DNA of 64,000 bases from Sedimentisphaerales bacterium (GCA_963663805.2 CAXXMR010000009.1:128001-192000); one strand, 5' to 3'; counted from the stretch's first letter, positions 30,882-40,969 are shown. The notes: generated by a model not told the origin, from the sequence alone. A program made the numbers and translations.

Positions 30882-32045
30882 ATGGCAAAGCAAACTGATA
30901 TTACCAGGCTGATAGATTCACAGCGGCTGGCGGATAATCTCTGGCACATGGTTAATGTCGCCAGTCCCACCGGTAATGAATGCCGGATGGCTCTGGCATA
31001 TGCCGATATGCTTCGGGCGGCGGGGCTTGAGGTTGAAGTTGACGATACGATTAAAGACAGTCCCAATGTCATTGCCCGTATGAAAGGGCAGCGGTCCGGT
31101 AGAGTTTTGCAGCTGGCGGGCCATCTGGACCATATCGACGTGCCTCATGCCGCTCCGCAGCGGGAGCAAACGCGCATTAGCGGTCGGGGCAGTGCTGATA
31201 TGAAAAATGGTCTGGCAGGTATTTTGGAAATGATTCATGTACTTAATGCCCTCGACCGTGATTTTGCCGGTGAAATACTCGTTACCGCTTATGGCCTACA
31301 TGAGGCGCCGGTGGGTGATTCACGCGGTTTGAATAATCTTATCGAACGCGGCATAAAAGGCGACGCGGCCATTGTTTTTGAAGGACCAGACGATTATGCG
31401 GCAGTAATGGCCAACGGCATGGCGATATGGAATTTGCGTTTGAAACATAACAATCCCGCCTGTCACGAACAATGTACTGAGATAGACAAGTTCGAATTGT
31501 TCCGGGCCGCAACTAAGACCGTCGAGAGGCTTGAACGGCTAAATGAAACAGGAGGTGAGAATAAATTTCCTTTGCTCAAACGAGCGTCGTGTTTTCTGGG
31601 ACAGTTTCATTACGGTGATTTTTATAATCGTCTGCCGGATGTTTGCGAGCTTCAGGGTACGCGGCGTTGGCAGCCGAATATGGATTTTGGCCGGGTTAAG
31701 GATGAGTTCGCGGCGGTTCTGGCCGAGTGTCATTTTTCGGATAATATCACGCTGGAACATGACTGGATATTCGTGGGTGATTCTTACGCGATAGACCCGG
31801 ACGCGGCGATTCTGAAATCATTGCGTCGCTCCTACGAGAAGGTTTACGGTCGCGAAATGCTCATTACCGGCCATAGCAGCGTAACGGATGTTTGTCGGCT
31901 GGTGCGGCAGGGGCAAATTCCGACTGTACTGTGCGGTTTCGGCACCGACCGGGGCCATGCGGATTTTGAATATGTAACTTACGAACAGTTGGAACGGTCG
32001 GCGAAGGTGGCCTTGCTGACGGTTATGGATTTTTTGTCCGAGTAA
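30882..32045 (+). CDS. M20/ArgE/DapE-family metallohydrolase
   Basis: GHLDH, GRGSADMKNG and C-terminal GHADFE. HE replaces the usual EE. Confidence 0.85.
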   Translation: MAKQTDITRLIDSQRLADNLWHMVNVASPTGNECRMALAYADMLRAAGLEVEVDDTIKDSPNVIARMKGQRSGRVLQLAGHLDHIDVPHAAPQREQTRISGRGSADMKNGLAGILEMIHVLNALDRDFAGEILVTAYGLHEAPVGDSRGLNNLIERGIKGDAAIVFEGPDDYAAVMANGMAIWNLRLKHNNPACHEQCTEIDKFELFRAATKTVERLERLNETGGENKFPLLKRASCFLGQFHYGDFYNRLPDVCELQGTRRWQPNMDFGRVKDEFAAVLAECHFSDNITLEHDWIFVGDSYAIDPDAAILKSLRRSYEKVYGREMLITGHSSVTDVCRLVRQGQIPTVLCGFGTDRGHADFEYVTYEQLERSAKVALLTVMDFLSE

Positions 32046-32063
32046 AAGCTTCTGGAGAAGTAT

Positions 32064-33074
32064 ATGAAAGCGGTAATCTGGCAGGGTGGTGACAATTTTG
32101 CTTACGGCGATTATCCCGAACCAAAAATTGGTTCGGAACAGGTGCTGGTGCAGGTGCAGGCCTCTTCGGTCTGTACAACAGATTTTCATTACGGTGACTT
32201 CGACTGTAAACCGCCTCTGGTGCCGGGCCATGAAGTCGCTGGCGAGGTTGTCGAGCTGGGCAGTGAAGTAACCAGCCTTAGAATTGGGGACAGGGTAACG
32301 CTCGACCCCGTGCAGCGCTGCTGGAAATGCCGCATGTGTCAGATGGGGCTGTCTCATTTGTGTCTGGATGTACGGCATCTAGGCGGCGAACGGGCCCCGG
32401 GCGGTTGGGCCGAATATGTGGCGGTCGATGCCCAAAACGCTTATCTGATACCAGATGGTGTGGATTATGAGTCCGCCAGTCTGTGTGAGCCGATAGCGGT
32501 TTGTCTGGAAAGCTTTAAGCGTGCGAATTTCCAGGCCGGCCAGCGGGTGCTGATTATGGGCGACGGGGTATTTGGATATATCCATGCCTGTATCGCTAAA
32601 ATTCTCGGAGCCGAAACCATTGTCATGGCGGGCCATTATGACGAAAGATTAACGCGGGCTCAAAACAAGACTCAGGTCCTTATCTGCAATACCCATAATC
32701 AGAATTTAGCTGAAATGGTCGACAAGGAACTGGGCGATAAGCCTTTCGATTTCGCGATAGAAGCGACTGGGGCTGGCCCCGCGCCGAATATGGCATTGCC
32801 TCTGCTGAGGCCGCGGGGCAAGATGGTTCTGTTTAGCTGCGTATGGAAACCGGAACCGTTGGACATGGAAACGATTCACATGAACGAGCTGGATATTCTG
32901 GGTTCATGTCGTTCGCTGGATTGTTTCGATACGTGTTTGCAATGGATGGCCGACGGCAAAATCGTACCGCGGGAAATGATTGATATTCTGGTAAAGCTCG
33001 AAGATTTCGCCGAAGCGCGGGACCGGCTGGCAAAAGACAAAAGAAATGTTTTCAAGGCGGTGCTGCTGCCCTGA
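32064..33074 (+). CDS. Zinc-dependent medium-chain alcohol/polyol dehydrogenase
   Basis: VCTTDFH, PGHE.AG, CWKCRMC...C and GDGVFG. Confidence 0.92.
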   Translation: MKAVIWQGGDNFAYGDYPEPKIGSEQVLVQVQASSVCTTDFHYGDFDCKPPLVPGHEVAGEVVELGSEVTSLRIGDRVTLDPVQRCWKCRMCQMGLSHLCLDVRHLGGERAPGGWAEYVAVDAQNAYLIPDGVDYESASLCEPIAVCLESFKRANFQAGQRVLIMGDGVFGYIHACIAKILGAETIVMAGHYDERLTRAQNKTQVLICNTHNQNLAEMVDKELGDKPFDFAIEATGAGPAPNMALPLLRPRGKMVLFSCVWKPEPLDMETIHMNELDILGSCRSLDCFDTCLQWMADGKIVPREMIDILVKLEDFAEARDRLAKDKRNVFKAVLLP

Positions 33075-33085
33075 CGGATAATTTT

Positions 33086-33841
33086 ATGCGGGAAATACTC
33101 AATACAAATTTAGAGGCGGACCAGGTAGGTCTGTGGTTTCTGGGTCAGTCCGGCTTCATCGCGCGGGCCGGAGGCGTGACCCTGGCGATTGACCCTTACC
33201 TTTCCGATTCAGTAGCCGCGGTGTCGCCGGCTCTGACCCGGCAGTATCCGCCGCCGCTGTTGGCGGAGGACATGAAAGTCGATATTTATATCGTCACGCA
33301 TGACCATCTCGACCATCTTGACCCGGAGACAATCAACGCTTATTGCCCTAAGGATACTACTAAGTTTGTCGGGCCGCGTTTTGCCTGTGCCAAACTTCGT
33401 CATTTGGGTGTGCCGCTGGAAAATATCGTGCTGATAGATTCCGGCCATTGTCAAGCTATCGCTGGCGTGGAGATTACCGGTATTTACGCGATACCCAATG
33501 ACCCCGCCGTGATAGACGCTGTCGGTTATAAGGTGGTTTTTCCTAACGGACGGAGTTTTTATCACAGCGGCGACACCGGTTTTTCGGATTTACTGCTGGA
33601 ATGTGTTCCCCAGGTTGAGACGGTTATGGTTTGCATTAACGGCCAATGGGGTAACCTGAACATCGAGCAGGCCGCGACCCTTGCTGGTCGGACAGGGGCA
33701 CGTTATGCGATTCCCCATCATTATGACCTGATGGCCTTGAACTCGGAAAATCCCGAATCGTTCCGCTATCAGCTCAAACATACTAACCCGGAAATCGAAA
33801 CGGTAATACTCAAGCCCATGCGGGCCTTAATCTGGCGATAA
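33086..33841 (+). CDS. MBL-fold metallo-hydrolase (UlaG-like lactonase)
   Basis: WFLGQSGF, IDPYLS, THDHLDHLD, YHSGDT and IPHHYD. Confidence 0.9.
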   Translation: MREILNTNLEADQVGLWFLGQSGFIARAGGVTLAIDPYLSDSVAAVSPALTRQYPPPLLAEDMKVDIYIVTHDHLDHLDPETINAYCPKDTTKFVGPRFACAKLRHLGVPLENIVLIDSGHCQAIAGVEITGIYAIPNDPAVIDAVGYKVVFPNGRSFYHSGDTGFSDLLLECVPQVETVMVCINGQWGNLNIEQAATLAGRTGARYAIPHHYDLMALNSENPESFRYQLKHTNPEIETVILKPMRALIWR

Positions 33842-33857
33842 TAACAGGGACATTTGC

Positions 33858-35609
33858 ATGAATGAAATGATGGATACGTTTGAGCTGGAGTTTATCGATT
33901 ACCTGGCATTTACGCTGTATTTCGTGGTGCTTTGCGGGATTGGCTTTTGGGCTGGTCGCAAGAAAAAGGAAGGTAGCGAGGACTATTTTCTGGCTGGTCG
34001 TACCCTGCCCTGGTACGTCGTGGGCACGTCTTTTATCGCCTCGAATATCAGCACCGAACATTTCATCGGCATGATTGGCGCTTCCTTTATTTACGGTATC
34101 TGTGTGGCGATGTACGAATGGGGCAACATTAATTCGTTTACGGTGCTTATCTGGCTGTTTATCCCGTTTCTGCTGGCTACGCGGGTGTTTACCATCCCGG
34201 AATTTTTGGAACGACGTTTCAATAACACGCTGCGTCAGGCCTTCGCGATTCTTACGGTCGTTTGCAATGTGCTGGCGTTTCTGGCGGCGGTGCTTTACGG
34301 CGGTGGGCTGGCGCTGCATACTTTGTTCGGTTGGCCTTTATGGTTCGCAATTGTCACCTTGGGGGTGGTTGCCGGAAGCTGGGCAATTTACGGCGGATTG
34401 CGCTCGGTGGCCTGGACCGATTTCTTTACGGTCATTATTATGATTGCCGGCGGGTTGATGGTGACGATTCTCGGCCTGTACATGCTTTCCGGGGATGAAC
34501 ATTCCCTTGCGGCGGGTTTCAAGACGATGATAGAAGCTAACCGCGCTAATGCCGGTATTTACGCTGAGGCTGTCGCTAAGAACGCTCAGGAATTGGTTGG
34601 TATGGACCATTATGACCGCATGTCGGTTATTCAGCCGATAAGTCACAAGGTCTTGCCTTGGCCCAGCCTGATTTACGGATTTCTCGCTACGGGTATCTGG
34701 TACAGCGTTTTGAACCAGTTTATGATTCAGCGGGTGCTCGGTGCCAAAAACATGTATCACGCCCGTATGGGCATTGTCCTGGCCGGGTACATGAAAATTC
34801 TTATGCCCGCTCTGGTGGTGCTGCCGGGTTTGATTTTGTTTGCCAAATTCCCGGAGGTCATGCTCAAACCGTGGGAGCAGGTTCAGCCCGAGGCGGACAA
34901 AGGTTACGTTACTATGCTACAAATGCTTGTGCCGATAGGGTTGCGGGGTTTGTTCCTGGCGGCCTTGTTCGGGGCGATTCAATCGACGATTAACTCGGTA
35001 CTCAATTCCTCCGCGACGATTGTGACGCTGGATATTTACAAGCGCATGTTCAATCAGCAGGCCTCGGAGCGTTCGCTGGTGCGGGTGGGGGTCTGGTCGT
35101 CAGTAATCATCCTGGCCGCGTCAATTCTCATGGCGGGTTTCATTGGTCGGCTGGGCGCAAGTTTGTTTGTTTATATCCAGTCGCTGTACGCGTTTTTCGC
35201 CCCCCCGTTTTCTGCGATATTCCTGCTGGGGATATTGTTCAAGCGTATCAATGCCAAAGGAGCCACGGCAGCGGTTTTTACGGGGTTCGCCTTTGGAATC
35301 CTGCTGAAGGTCTACCTTAGTTATTTTCCCGACTTACTGGGCCAAGCCGCCTATAAAGCCATCAGCCCCTACAGCAATCAATCGTTTATTCACTGGTTTT
35401 TCTGCGTCCTGGTATGTCTGGCGGTCAGTTTGATGACCCCGCCGCCCGATGCCGACCGGATAACCGACCAGTTGACGATTAACTGGAGAAAGCTGAATAT
35501 TTTCTCTGAGCTGGGCGAAAAATGGTACCAGAGCGTCATTCTTTGGTGGGGCATATTCGCGGCCATCGTGGTTGGTTTTATTATTGTTTTGTCAGGCCAA
35601 AATATTTGA
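33858..35609 (+). CDS. Sodium:solute symporter (SGLT-like SSS family)
   Basis: YFLAGR.LPW, ASNISTEHFIG, YGGLRSVAWTD and NQFMIQRVLGAK. Confidence 0.95.
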   Translation: MNEMMDTFELEFIDYLAFTLYFVVLCGIGFWAGRKKKEGSEDYFLAGRTLPWYVVGTSFIASNISTEHFIGMIGASFIYGICVAMYEWGNINSFTVLIWLFIPFLLATRVFTIPEFLERRFNNTLRQAFAILTVVCNVLAFLAAVLYGGGLALHTLFGWPLWFAIVTLGVVAGSWAIYGGLRSVAWTDFFTVIIMIAGGLMVTILGLYMLSGDEHSLAAGFKTMIEANRANAGIYAEAVAKNAQELVGMDHYDRMSVIQPISHKVLPWPSLIYGFLATGIWYSVLNQFMIQRVLGAKNMYHARMGIVLAGYMKILMPALVVLPGLILFAKFPEVMLKPWEQVQPEADKGYVTMLQMLVPIGLRGLFLAALFGAIQSTINSVLNSSATIVTLDIYKRMFNQQASERSLVRVGVWSSVIILAASILMAGFIGRLGASLFVYIQSLYAFFAPPFSAIFLLGILFKRINAKGATAAVFTGFAFGILLKVYLSYFPDLLGQAAYKAISPYSNQSFIHWFFCVLVCLAVSLMTPPPDADRITDQLTINWRKLNIFSELGEKWYQSVILWWGIFAAIVVGFIIVLSGQNI

Positions 35610-35859
35610 AGTTTGCTAAACCGGTATTGCGGTGGGATTTAGGGGGTCCTTGCTGCAAGTAGTTGCAAATAGCCCTCAAAATGAGTCATAAATATGTTGA
35701 CGATTAACCCGAATATGTTTAATATACTCATTATGAGATATTCGCCGAAATCGGTTAGTAACGGCGAGAAACAGGCCTTTGTTGGTGTAAAATGCTGTAT
35801 TTTAAGGTGTTACACTCTTGGCGGTCTGTTGTTGGATTGACAAAAAGGAAAGGTCGTTT

Positions 35860-38010
35860 ATGAAAAGCATGTTTTTGTTCACGCTTGCAACTATTTGCGG
35901 AATCCTGTTGTCCGCACCACTAAAGGCTGATGTGACGGCCGGTCCATTCAAGCATATTTATGACCCATCGGTGGGCGAGTCCGGCTCTTGGTACATTAAT
36001 GACCATTGCTTTATCTACGGTGCTGATAAGCAGTGGCACCTATTCGGAATTACCCATGCTGACCCGCTGGACCCGATTGATGAGGATAATTTCGCCCATG
36101 CCGCCGCTGACTCACTTACTCAGATACCTTGGCGAAAACAGCCCTTTGCTCTTTCGGTCCGTGCCGACCTGGGCGAACATCACCTCTGGGCTCCCTACGT
36201 AATTTGCCACGAGGGTCTCTACTACATGTACTATTGTGCCGGCGGCAAGAGCAATGCCGAATATGAAATTCGCCTGGCAACTTCCACCGACCTCTACAAC
36301 TGGCAGCGTCACCCGGAAAACCCGATGCTGATTGACGGCTATGACGCCCGCGACCCCTATATCTTAAAGGTTGACGACACCTGGATAATGTATTACACCG
36401 CGACCGATGAGCCGCGGGAAGGCCATCACACCGTAACCTCTGTGCGCAGCAGAGACCTGATTCACTGGACAGACAAAAAAATCGTATTCACCGACCCGGA
36501 AGTCGGCAAGTGGGGTGGCCCCACCGAATCGCCCACAGTCGTGCGGCGCGGCAAATATTATTATCTGTTTATCGGCCCGCGTGACGGCTATCGCGGCACT
36601 TGCGTATATCGCAGCGAAACCCCGTATTTGTGGACAATTGACAATCTGTGCGGCAGGATAAACTCCCATGCCGCCGAGGTTGTTCGTGACGGCGACGGCA
36701 AGTGGTACGTCAGTCATTGCGGCTGGGGGCAGGGCGGAGTCTACCTTGCTGAGCTGAACTGGAATGACGGTATCGACGATAACGATACTTCAATACCGGT
36801 TCCGTCCATAATGAAAATCGAACGTCAGGTTGAATATCGCCGCATCGCTATGAAGGATTATCGCGACAAGATGTACGGCGGCTGGCTCGGCCAGATGGTT
36901 GCGGTCGCCTGGGGTTTTCCGGTTGAGTTCAAATATAAGGGACAGATTATTCCTGAAGAGGATGTCCCGGTTTGGAAACCGGAGATGATTAACGACGCTT
37001 TTGGTCAGGACGACCTCTATGTCGAAATGACTTTCCTGCAAAGCATCCAGCGTTACGGTTTCGATGTCAGCTACGAGCAAGCCGGCATTGATTTCGGCAA
37101 TACTCAGTATCCACTTTGGCACGCTAACGACGCCGGGCGTTCAAATATTCGCAAAGGCATATCGCCGCCGGATTCGGGCCATCCGCAGTTTAACAGTCAC
37201 GCTGACGACATTGATTATCAAATCGAAGCGGACTTTTCCGGCCTGATTACCCCCGGTATGCCAAATTTTGCGGTAGAGCTGGGCAATAAATTCGGGCGTA
37301 TAATGAATTATGGAGACGGGCTTTATGGCGGTCACTTTGTCGGGGCTATGTACAGTCTGGCGTTTTTTGAAACCGATGTAAACAAAATCGTGCGTCAGGC
37401 CCTGGACTATATCCCTGCTGGGAGCATGTACGCCGAAGCCATCCGCGACACCATTGCTCTGCATCAGAAATACCCCGACAACTGGCGCGATGCCTGGAAC
37501 GAGCTTAACGAGAAATATCAAAAAAATCCCAAGTACCGTCAGACCTCCTGCGACAAAGGCGATTTCAATATCGACGCCAAGATAAATGGTGCGTTCATTG
37601 TCATGGGTATTCTCTATGGCCAGGGCGACATTGAAAAGACCATCAAAGTCTCCATGCGGTGTGGTCAGGACGCTGATTGTAATCCGTCCAATGCCGCAGG
37701 TATTCTTTTTACATCGCTGGGACACAATCGCCTGCCGCATAAATACCGTGCCGCTCACATGAGCACAAGATTCAGCAATACCGATTACGATATGTACCTG
37801 CTGCTGGATGTCTGTGAGACTCTGGCTCGTCGGGCGGTATATCGTCAGGGTGGTTTCACCGAACATGACGAGATGGGCAATGAGATTTTCGTAATTCCCT
37901 TTGAACAACCGCAACCCAACCAACTGGAATCAATGCTCAACCCCGGCCCAATTGCCAACACGACCTATACCGACTGGCAGATGAAGCAGATTAAGGTTGA
38001 ACAAAAATAA
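35860..38010 (+). CDS. Secreted fusion: GH43/GH32-like beta-propeller + ADP-ribosylglycohydrolase family domain
   Basis: Signal peptide. WYINDH, WAP, ARDP and TESP (propeller). DKMYGGWLGQ, QDDLYVE and GQDADCN (ARH). One uninterrupted ORF. Confidence 0.85.
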   Translation: MKSMFLFTLATICGILLSAPLKADVTAGPFKHIYDPSVGESGSWYINDHCFIYGADKQWHLFGITHADPLDPIDEDNFAHAAADSLTQIPWRKQPFALSVRADLGEHHLWAPYVICHEGLYYMYYCAGGKSNAEYEIRLATSTDLYNWQRHPENPMLIDGYDARDPYILKVDDTWIMYYTATDEPREGHHTVTSVRSRDLIHWTDKKIVFTDPEVGKWGGPTESPTVVRRGKYYYLFIGPRDGYRGTCVYRSETPYLWTIDNLCGRINSHAAEVVRDGDGKWYVSHCGWGQGGVYLAELNWNDGIDDNDTSIPVPSIMKIERQVEYRRIAMKDYRDKMYGGWLGQMVAVAWGFPVEFKYKGQIIPEEDVPVWKPEMINDAFGQDDLYVEMTFLQSIQRYGFDVSYEQAGIDFGNTQYPLWHANDAGRSNIRKGISPPDSGHPQFNSHADDIDYQIEADFSGLITPGMPNFAVELGNKFGRIMNYGDGLYGGHFVGAMYSLAFFETDVNKIVRQALDYIPAGSMYAEAIRDTIALHQKYPDNWRDAWNELNEKYQKNPKYRQTSCDKGDFNIDAKINGAFIVMGILYGQGDIEKTIKVSMRCGQDADCNPSNAAGILFTSLGHNRLPHKYRAAHMSTRFSNTDYDMYLLLDVCETLARRAVYRQGGFTEHDEMGNEIFVIPFEQPQPNQLESMLNPGPIANTTYTDWQMKQIKVEQK

Positions 38011-38027
38011 AAAATGAGAAGTATCAG

Positions 38028-40916
38028 ATGAGAGGCATATTGATGAAGAAGTTGTTAGTACTTTCATTGTTAGTAATGTGTTCGCTGGTTTCCGCAGCCG
38101 ATTCCGTTTTTACGGATTTTGTCAAAACCTCCGGTGACAAACTGGTCGATGAAAATGGACCATTACGTTTTATTTCCTATAATATCCCTTGCCTGCACTA
38201 TAACGAAGATGTCATGCAGTTCAATGAAACCAATGCCTGGTCGCTGCCCGATGAGTTTGAAATATCCGATGCTCTGGAAGCTGTTGCCCAGATGGGTGGG
38301 CAGGTCGTGCGTATTTATACGCTTTCGGTTCGCAGTGCCCAGGACTCTCCTGACGTTCCCCGCCACGTTCTGGCACCCGGCAAGTTCAACGAAGAAGCGT
38401 TTCAAACCCTCGATAAAGTGCTGCAAATCGCCAATCAGAAGGGCGTTCGTGTTATTATTCCGCTGGTGGACAACTGGAAATGGTGGGGTGGTGTAGCCGA
38501 ATACGCGGCCTTTCGCGGTAAGAAAATGCAGGACTTCTGGACCGACGAGCAACTGCTGACCGATTTCAAAATGACCATCGATTATGTACTCAACCGGACC
38601 AACACTTATACCGGCGTGAAGTATAAAGACGACCCAGCCATCCTCGCCTGGGAATCCGGTAATGAGCTGGAAAGCCCCCATACCTGGACCGCCAAAATCG
38701 CCGCCTACCTGCAAAAGGCCGACACAAACCATCTGGTAATCGACGGTCGCCATACCCGCGTGCTGCACGAGGAATGTATCGCTGATGAAAACGTCGATAT
38801 TGTCACCACGCATCATTACTCGCTGATTGCCGCGGAGACTATCAGCCAAATCAAGAAGAACGCTGCCATGACAAAAGGCCGCAAGCCCTACTTCGTAGGC
38901 GAATACGGCTTTCTGGATACCAGCGATATGCAAAAAATCACCGACACTATAATGAACAACGAAAATGTCGCCGGCGGTCTTATCTGGAGTCTGCGTTTCC
39001 GTAATCGCAACGGAGGTTTCTACTGGCACAGTGAACCACTGGGCGGCGATAAATACAAAGCCTATCACTGGCCCGGATTCGAGTCATCAAATGATTACGA
39101 CGGCACCGCACTGATTCAGGCCATGACTCAGAAAGCCTACGCCATTCAGAGCAAAGACGTACCGCTCCTGAAAATTCCGGCTGCTCCGAAACTGCTGCCT
39201 ATCGACAGTCCCGCTCATATTTCCTGGCAGGGCAGTGCGGGTGCACAGTCGTATATGATCGAACGAGCCGAATCCGCTCAGGGCCCCTGGCAGGTTATCG
39301 CTGACAATGTATCAGATGCTGCGGTTCAGTATATGCCCCTGTTCAATGATGAAAATGTGACCCGCGGCCAAAATCTCTATTATCGTGTTACCGCCCAAAA
39401 TACTTCCGGCAAATCACTCCCATCCAATATCGTCGGCCCGGTAAAGGTCTACGCCAAGACCCTGGTTGACGACATGATGGACTTCAAACAGATTCACAAA
39501 AAAATAGGCGATTTGTCCCTGGAGATTAACCAGTCGCGTAAATACAAGGAAGACGGCCATCGTCTCCGCGGCTCCAAAAATGACTATATTGTCTATCAAC
39601 TGCCCGATGTGATTAACAGTTGGCAGGTTTACGCTTTTTTCCCGGACCGGATTAACGACCTGGAATTTTATCTTTCCGCCGACGGCGATAAGTTTGAAAA
39701 GGCAGCCTGTGATTCGCAGCAGTTTTTCAGTGGTGCCGGTGATTACGGTTATGCCAAACCGGTTCTTTATAACGGTTACGCAATGGTTGCCAACGCTCGC
39801 TATCTCAAGATTGCTTATAATGTTCCGACCCATATCGGCCGGGTGGAAATCAATTACGCCGCCCATCCGCAAATTTCACACACTGATTCGACCGTCGGTT
39901 TCATCAAGGCCTTTTCGTGGGGCTGGACCGGCTGGCGAGGGCAGTATACCGGCGACAAACCCGTTGATTCGGTAAAGAAAATGGCCCAGACCGGTGCCGA
40001 TTGGATGTGTCTGGCCTTTGGCACCGAGATGAAAACCTTCGACGATCCGCATCTCCCATTCGCCGAGAACAATCCGCGGATGGTAACTGATGGCGAAGTT
40101 CGCCGGGCCTGTCAGCTTGCACGCGACAACAATATGAAAATCGTATTCAAACCCGTCGTCAACGTACAGGATACAACCTGGCGGGCCTGGATCAAGTTCA
40201 ATGACGAGGATGGCAATAAGAAGCTTGATGATTGGAAGCAGTGGTGGGGCGATTTCGAGGCGTTTCTGCTCTATTATGCCCGGATGGCTGAGGAGATGCA
40301 CGCCGAGGTTTTTTGCCTGGGCTGCGAGATGGAATCCACCGAGGAATTTGAAACCCAATGGCGGACAGTCATCGCCAAAATCCGCATGATTTACTCCGGC
40401 GTACTGACCTACAACGGCAATCACGGACGAGAGGCTATGTTAGGATGGTGGGACGCCGTGGATGTTATAAGTATCAGCGCTTACTATCCGGTCGGTACCG
40501 ATGAAGCTACGCAGGAGATTATGGACGACCTGCGCACTGTGCCCGCTGAAGATACCACTTTGGCGAAAATGAAGAAACGCTGGCTGCCGATTAAAGAAGA
40601 TTTACGCGAGGTAAGCAAAAAGTTCAATAAGCCGGTATTCTTCATCGAGCTGGGTCTGTGCAGTGCCTACGGAGCATCTGCCGCCCCGTGGACCCATTAT
40701 CAGCCCACTATGATTTACGACGGTGACGAGCAGGCCCGCTATTATCAAGCCGCTATCGAAACTTTCTGGAATGAACCCTGGTTTGTCGGGTTCGCCTGGT
40801 GGGACTGGCCGCCGCAGCTTTACCCCGTCGAAAAAGCACAAGGCCATACCGGTTTCAGCATCTACGGTAAACCCGCCGAGCAGGTTGTACGTCAATGGTA
40901 CAGCAAACCACGATAA
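38028..40916 (+). CDS. Secreted two-catalytic-domain beta-mannanase candidate: GH5 + FN3-like + beta-sandwich + GH113
   Basis: GH5 AWESGNE and FVGEYG. GH113-like TWRAWI, CLGCEM, ISAYYP, FFIELG and GFAWWDW. Confidence 0.85.
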   Translation: MRGILMKKLLVLSLLVMCSLVSAADSVFTDFVKTSGDKLVDENGPLRFISYNIPCLHYNEDVMQFNETNAWSLPDEFEISDALEAVAQMGGQVVRIYTLSVRSAQDSPDVPRHVLAPGKFNEEAFQTLDKVLQIANQKGVRVIIPLVDNWKWWGGVAEYAAFRGKKMQDFWTDEQLLTDFKMTIDYVLNRTNTYTGVKYKDDPAILAWESGNELESPHTWTAKIAAYLQKADTNHLVIDGRHTRVLHEECIADENVDIVTTHHYSLIAAETISQIKKNAAMTKGRKPYFVGEYGFLDTSDMQKITDTIMNNENVAGGLIWSLRFRNRNGGFYWHSEPLGGDKYKAYHWPGFESSNDYDGTALIQAMTQKAYAIQSKDVPLLKIPAAPKLLPIDSPAHISWQGSAGAQSYMIERAESAQGPWQVIADNVSDAAVQYMPLFNDENVTRGQNLYYRVTAQNTSGKSLPSNIVGPVKVYAKTLVDDMMDFKQIHKKIGDLSLEINQSRKYKEDGHRLRGSKNDYIVYQLPDVINSWQVYAFFPDRINDLEFYLSADGDKFEKAACDSQQFFSGAGDYGYAKPVLYNGYAMVANARYLKIAYNVPTHIGRVEINYAAHPQISHTDSTVGFIKAFSWGWTGWRGQYTGDKPVDSVKKMAQTGADWMCLAFGTEMKTFDDPHLPFAENNPRMVTDGEVRRACQLARDNNMKIVFKPVVNVQDTTWRAWIKFNDEDGNKKLDDWKQWWGDFEAFLLYYARMAEEMHAEVFCLGCEMESTEEFETQWRTVIAKIRMIYSGVLTYNGNHGREAMLGWWDAVDVISISAYYPVGTDEATQEIMDDLRTVPAEDTTLAKMKKRWLPIKEDLREVSKKFNKPVFFIELGLCSAYGASAAPWTHYQPTMIYDGDEQARYYQAAIETFWNEPWFVGFAWWDWPPQLYPVEKAQGHTGFSIYGKPAEQVVRQWYSKPR

Positions 40917-40969
40917 AATATTACGCAGTAAATTAAATCAGTAACCAAGGATACAGAAAGGAAACTAAA

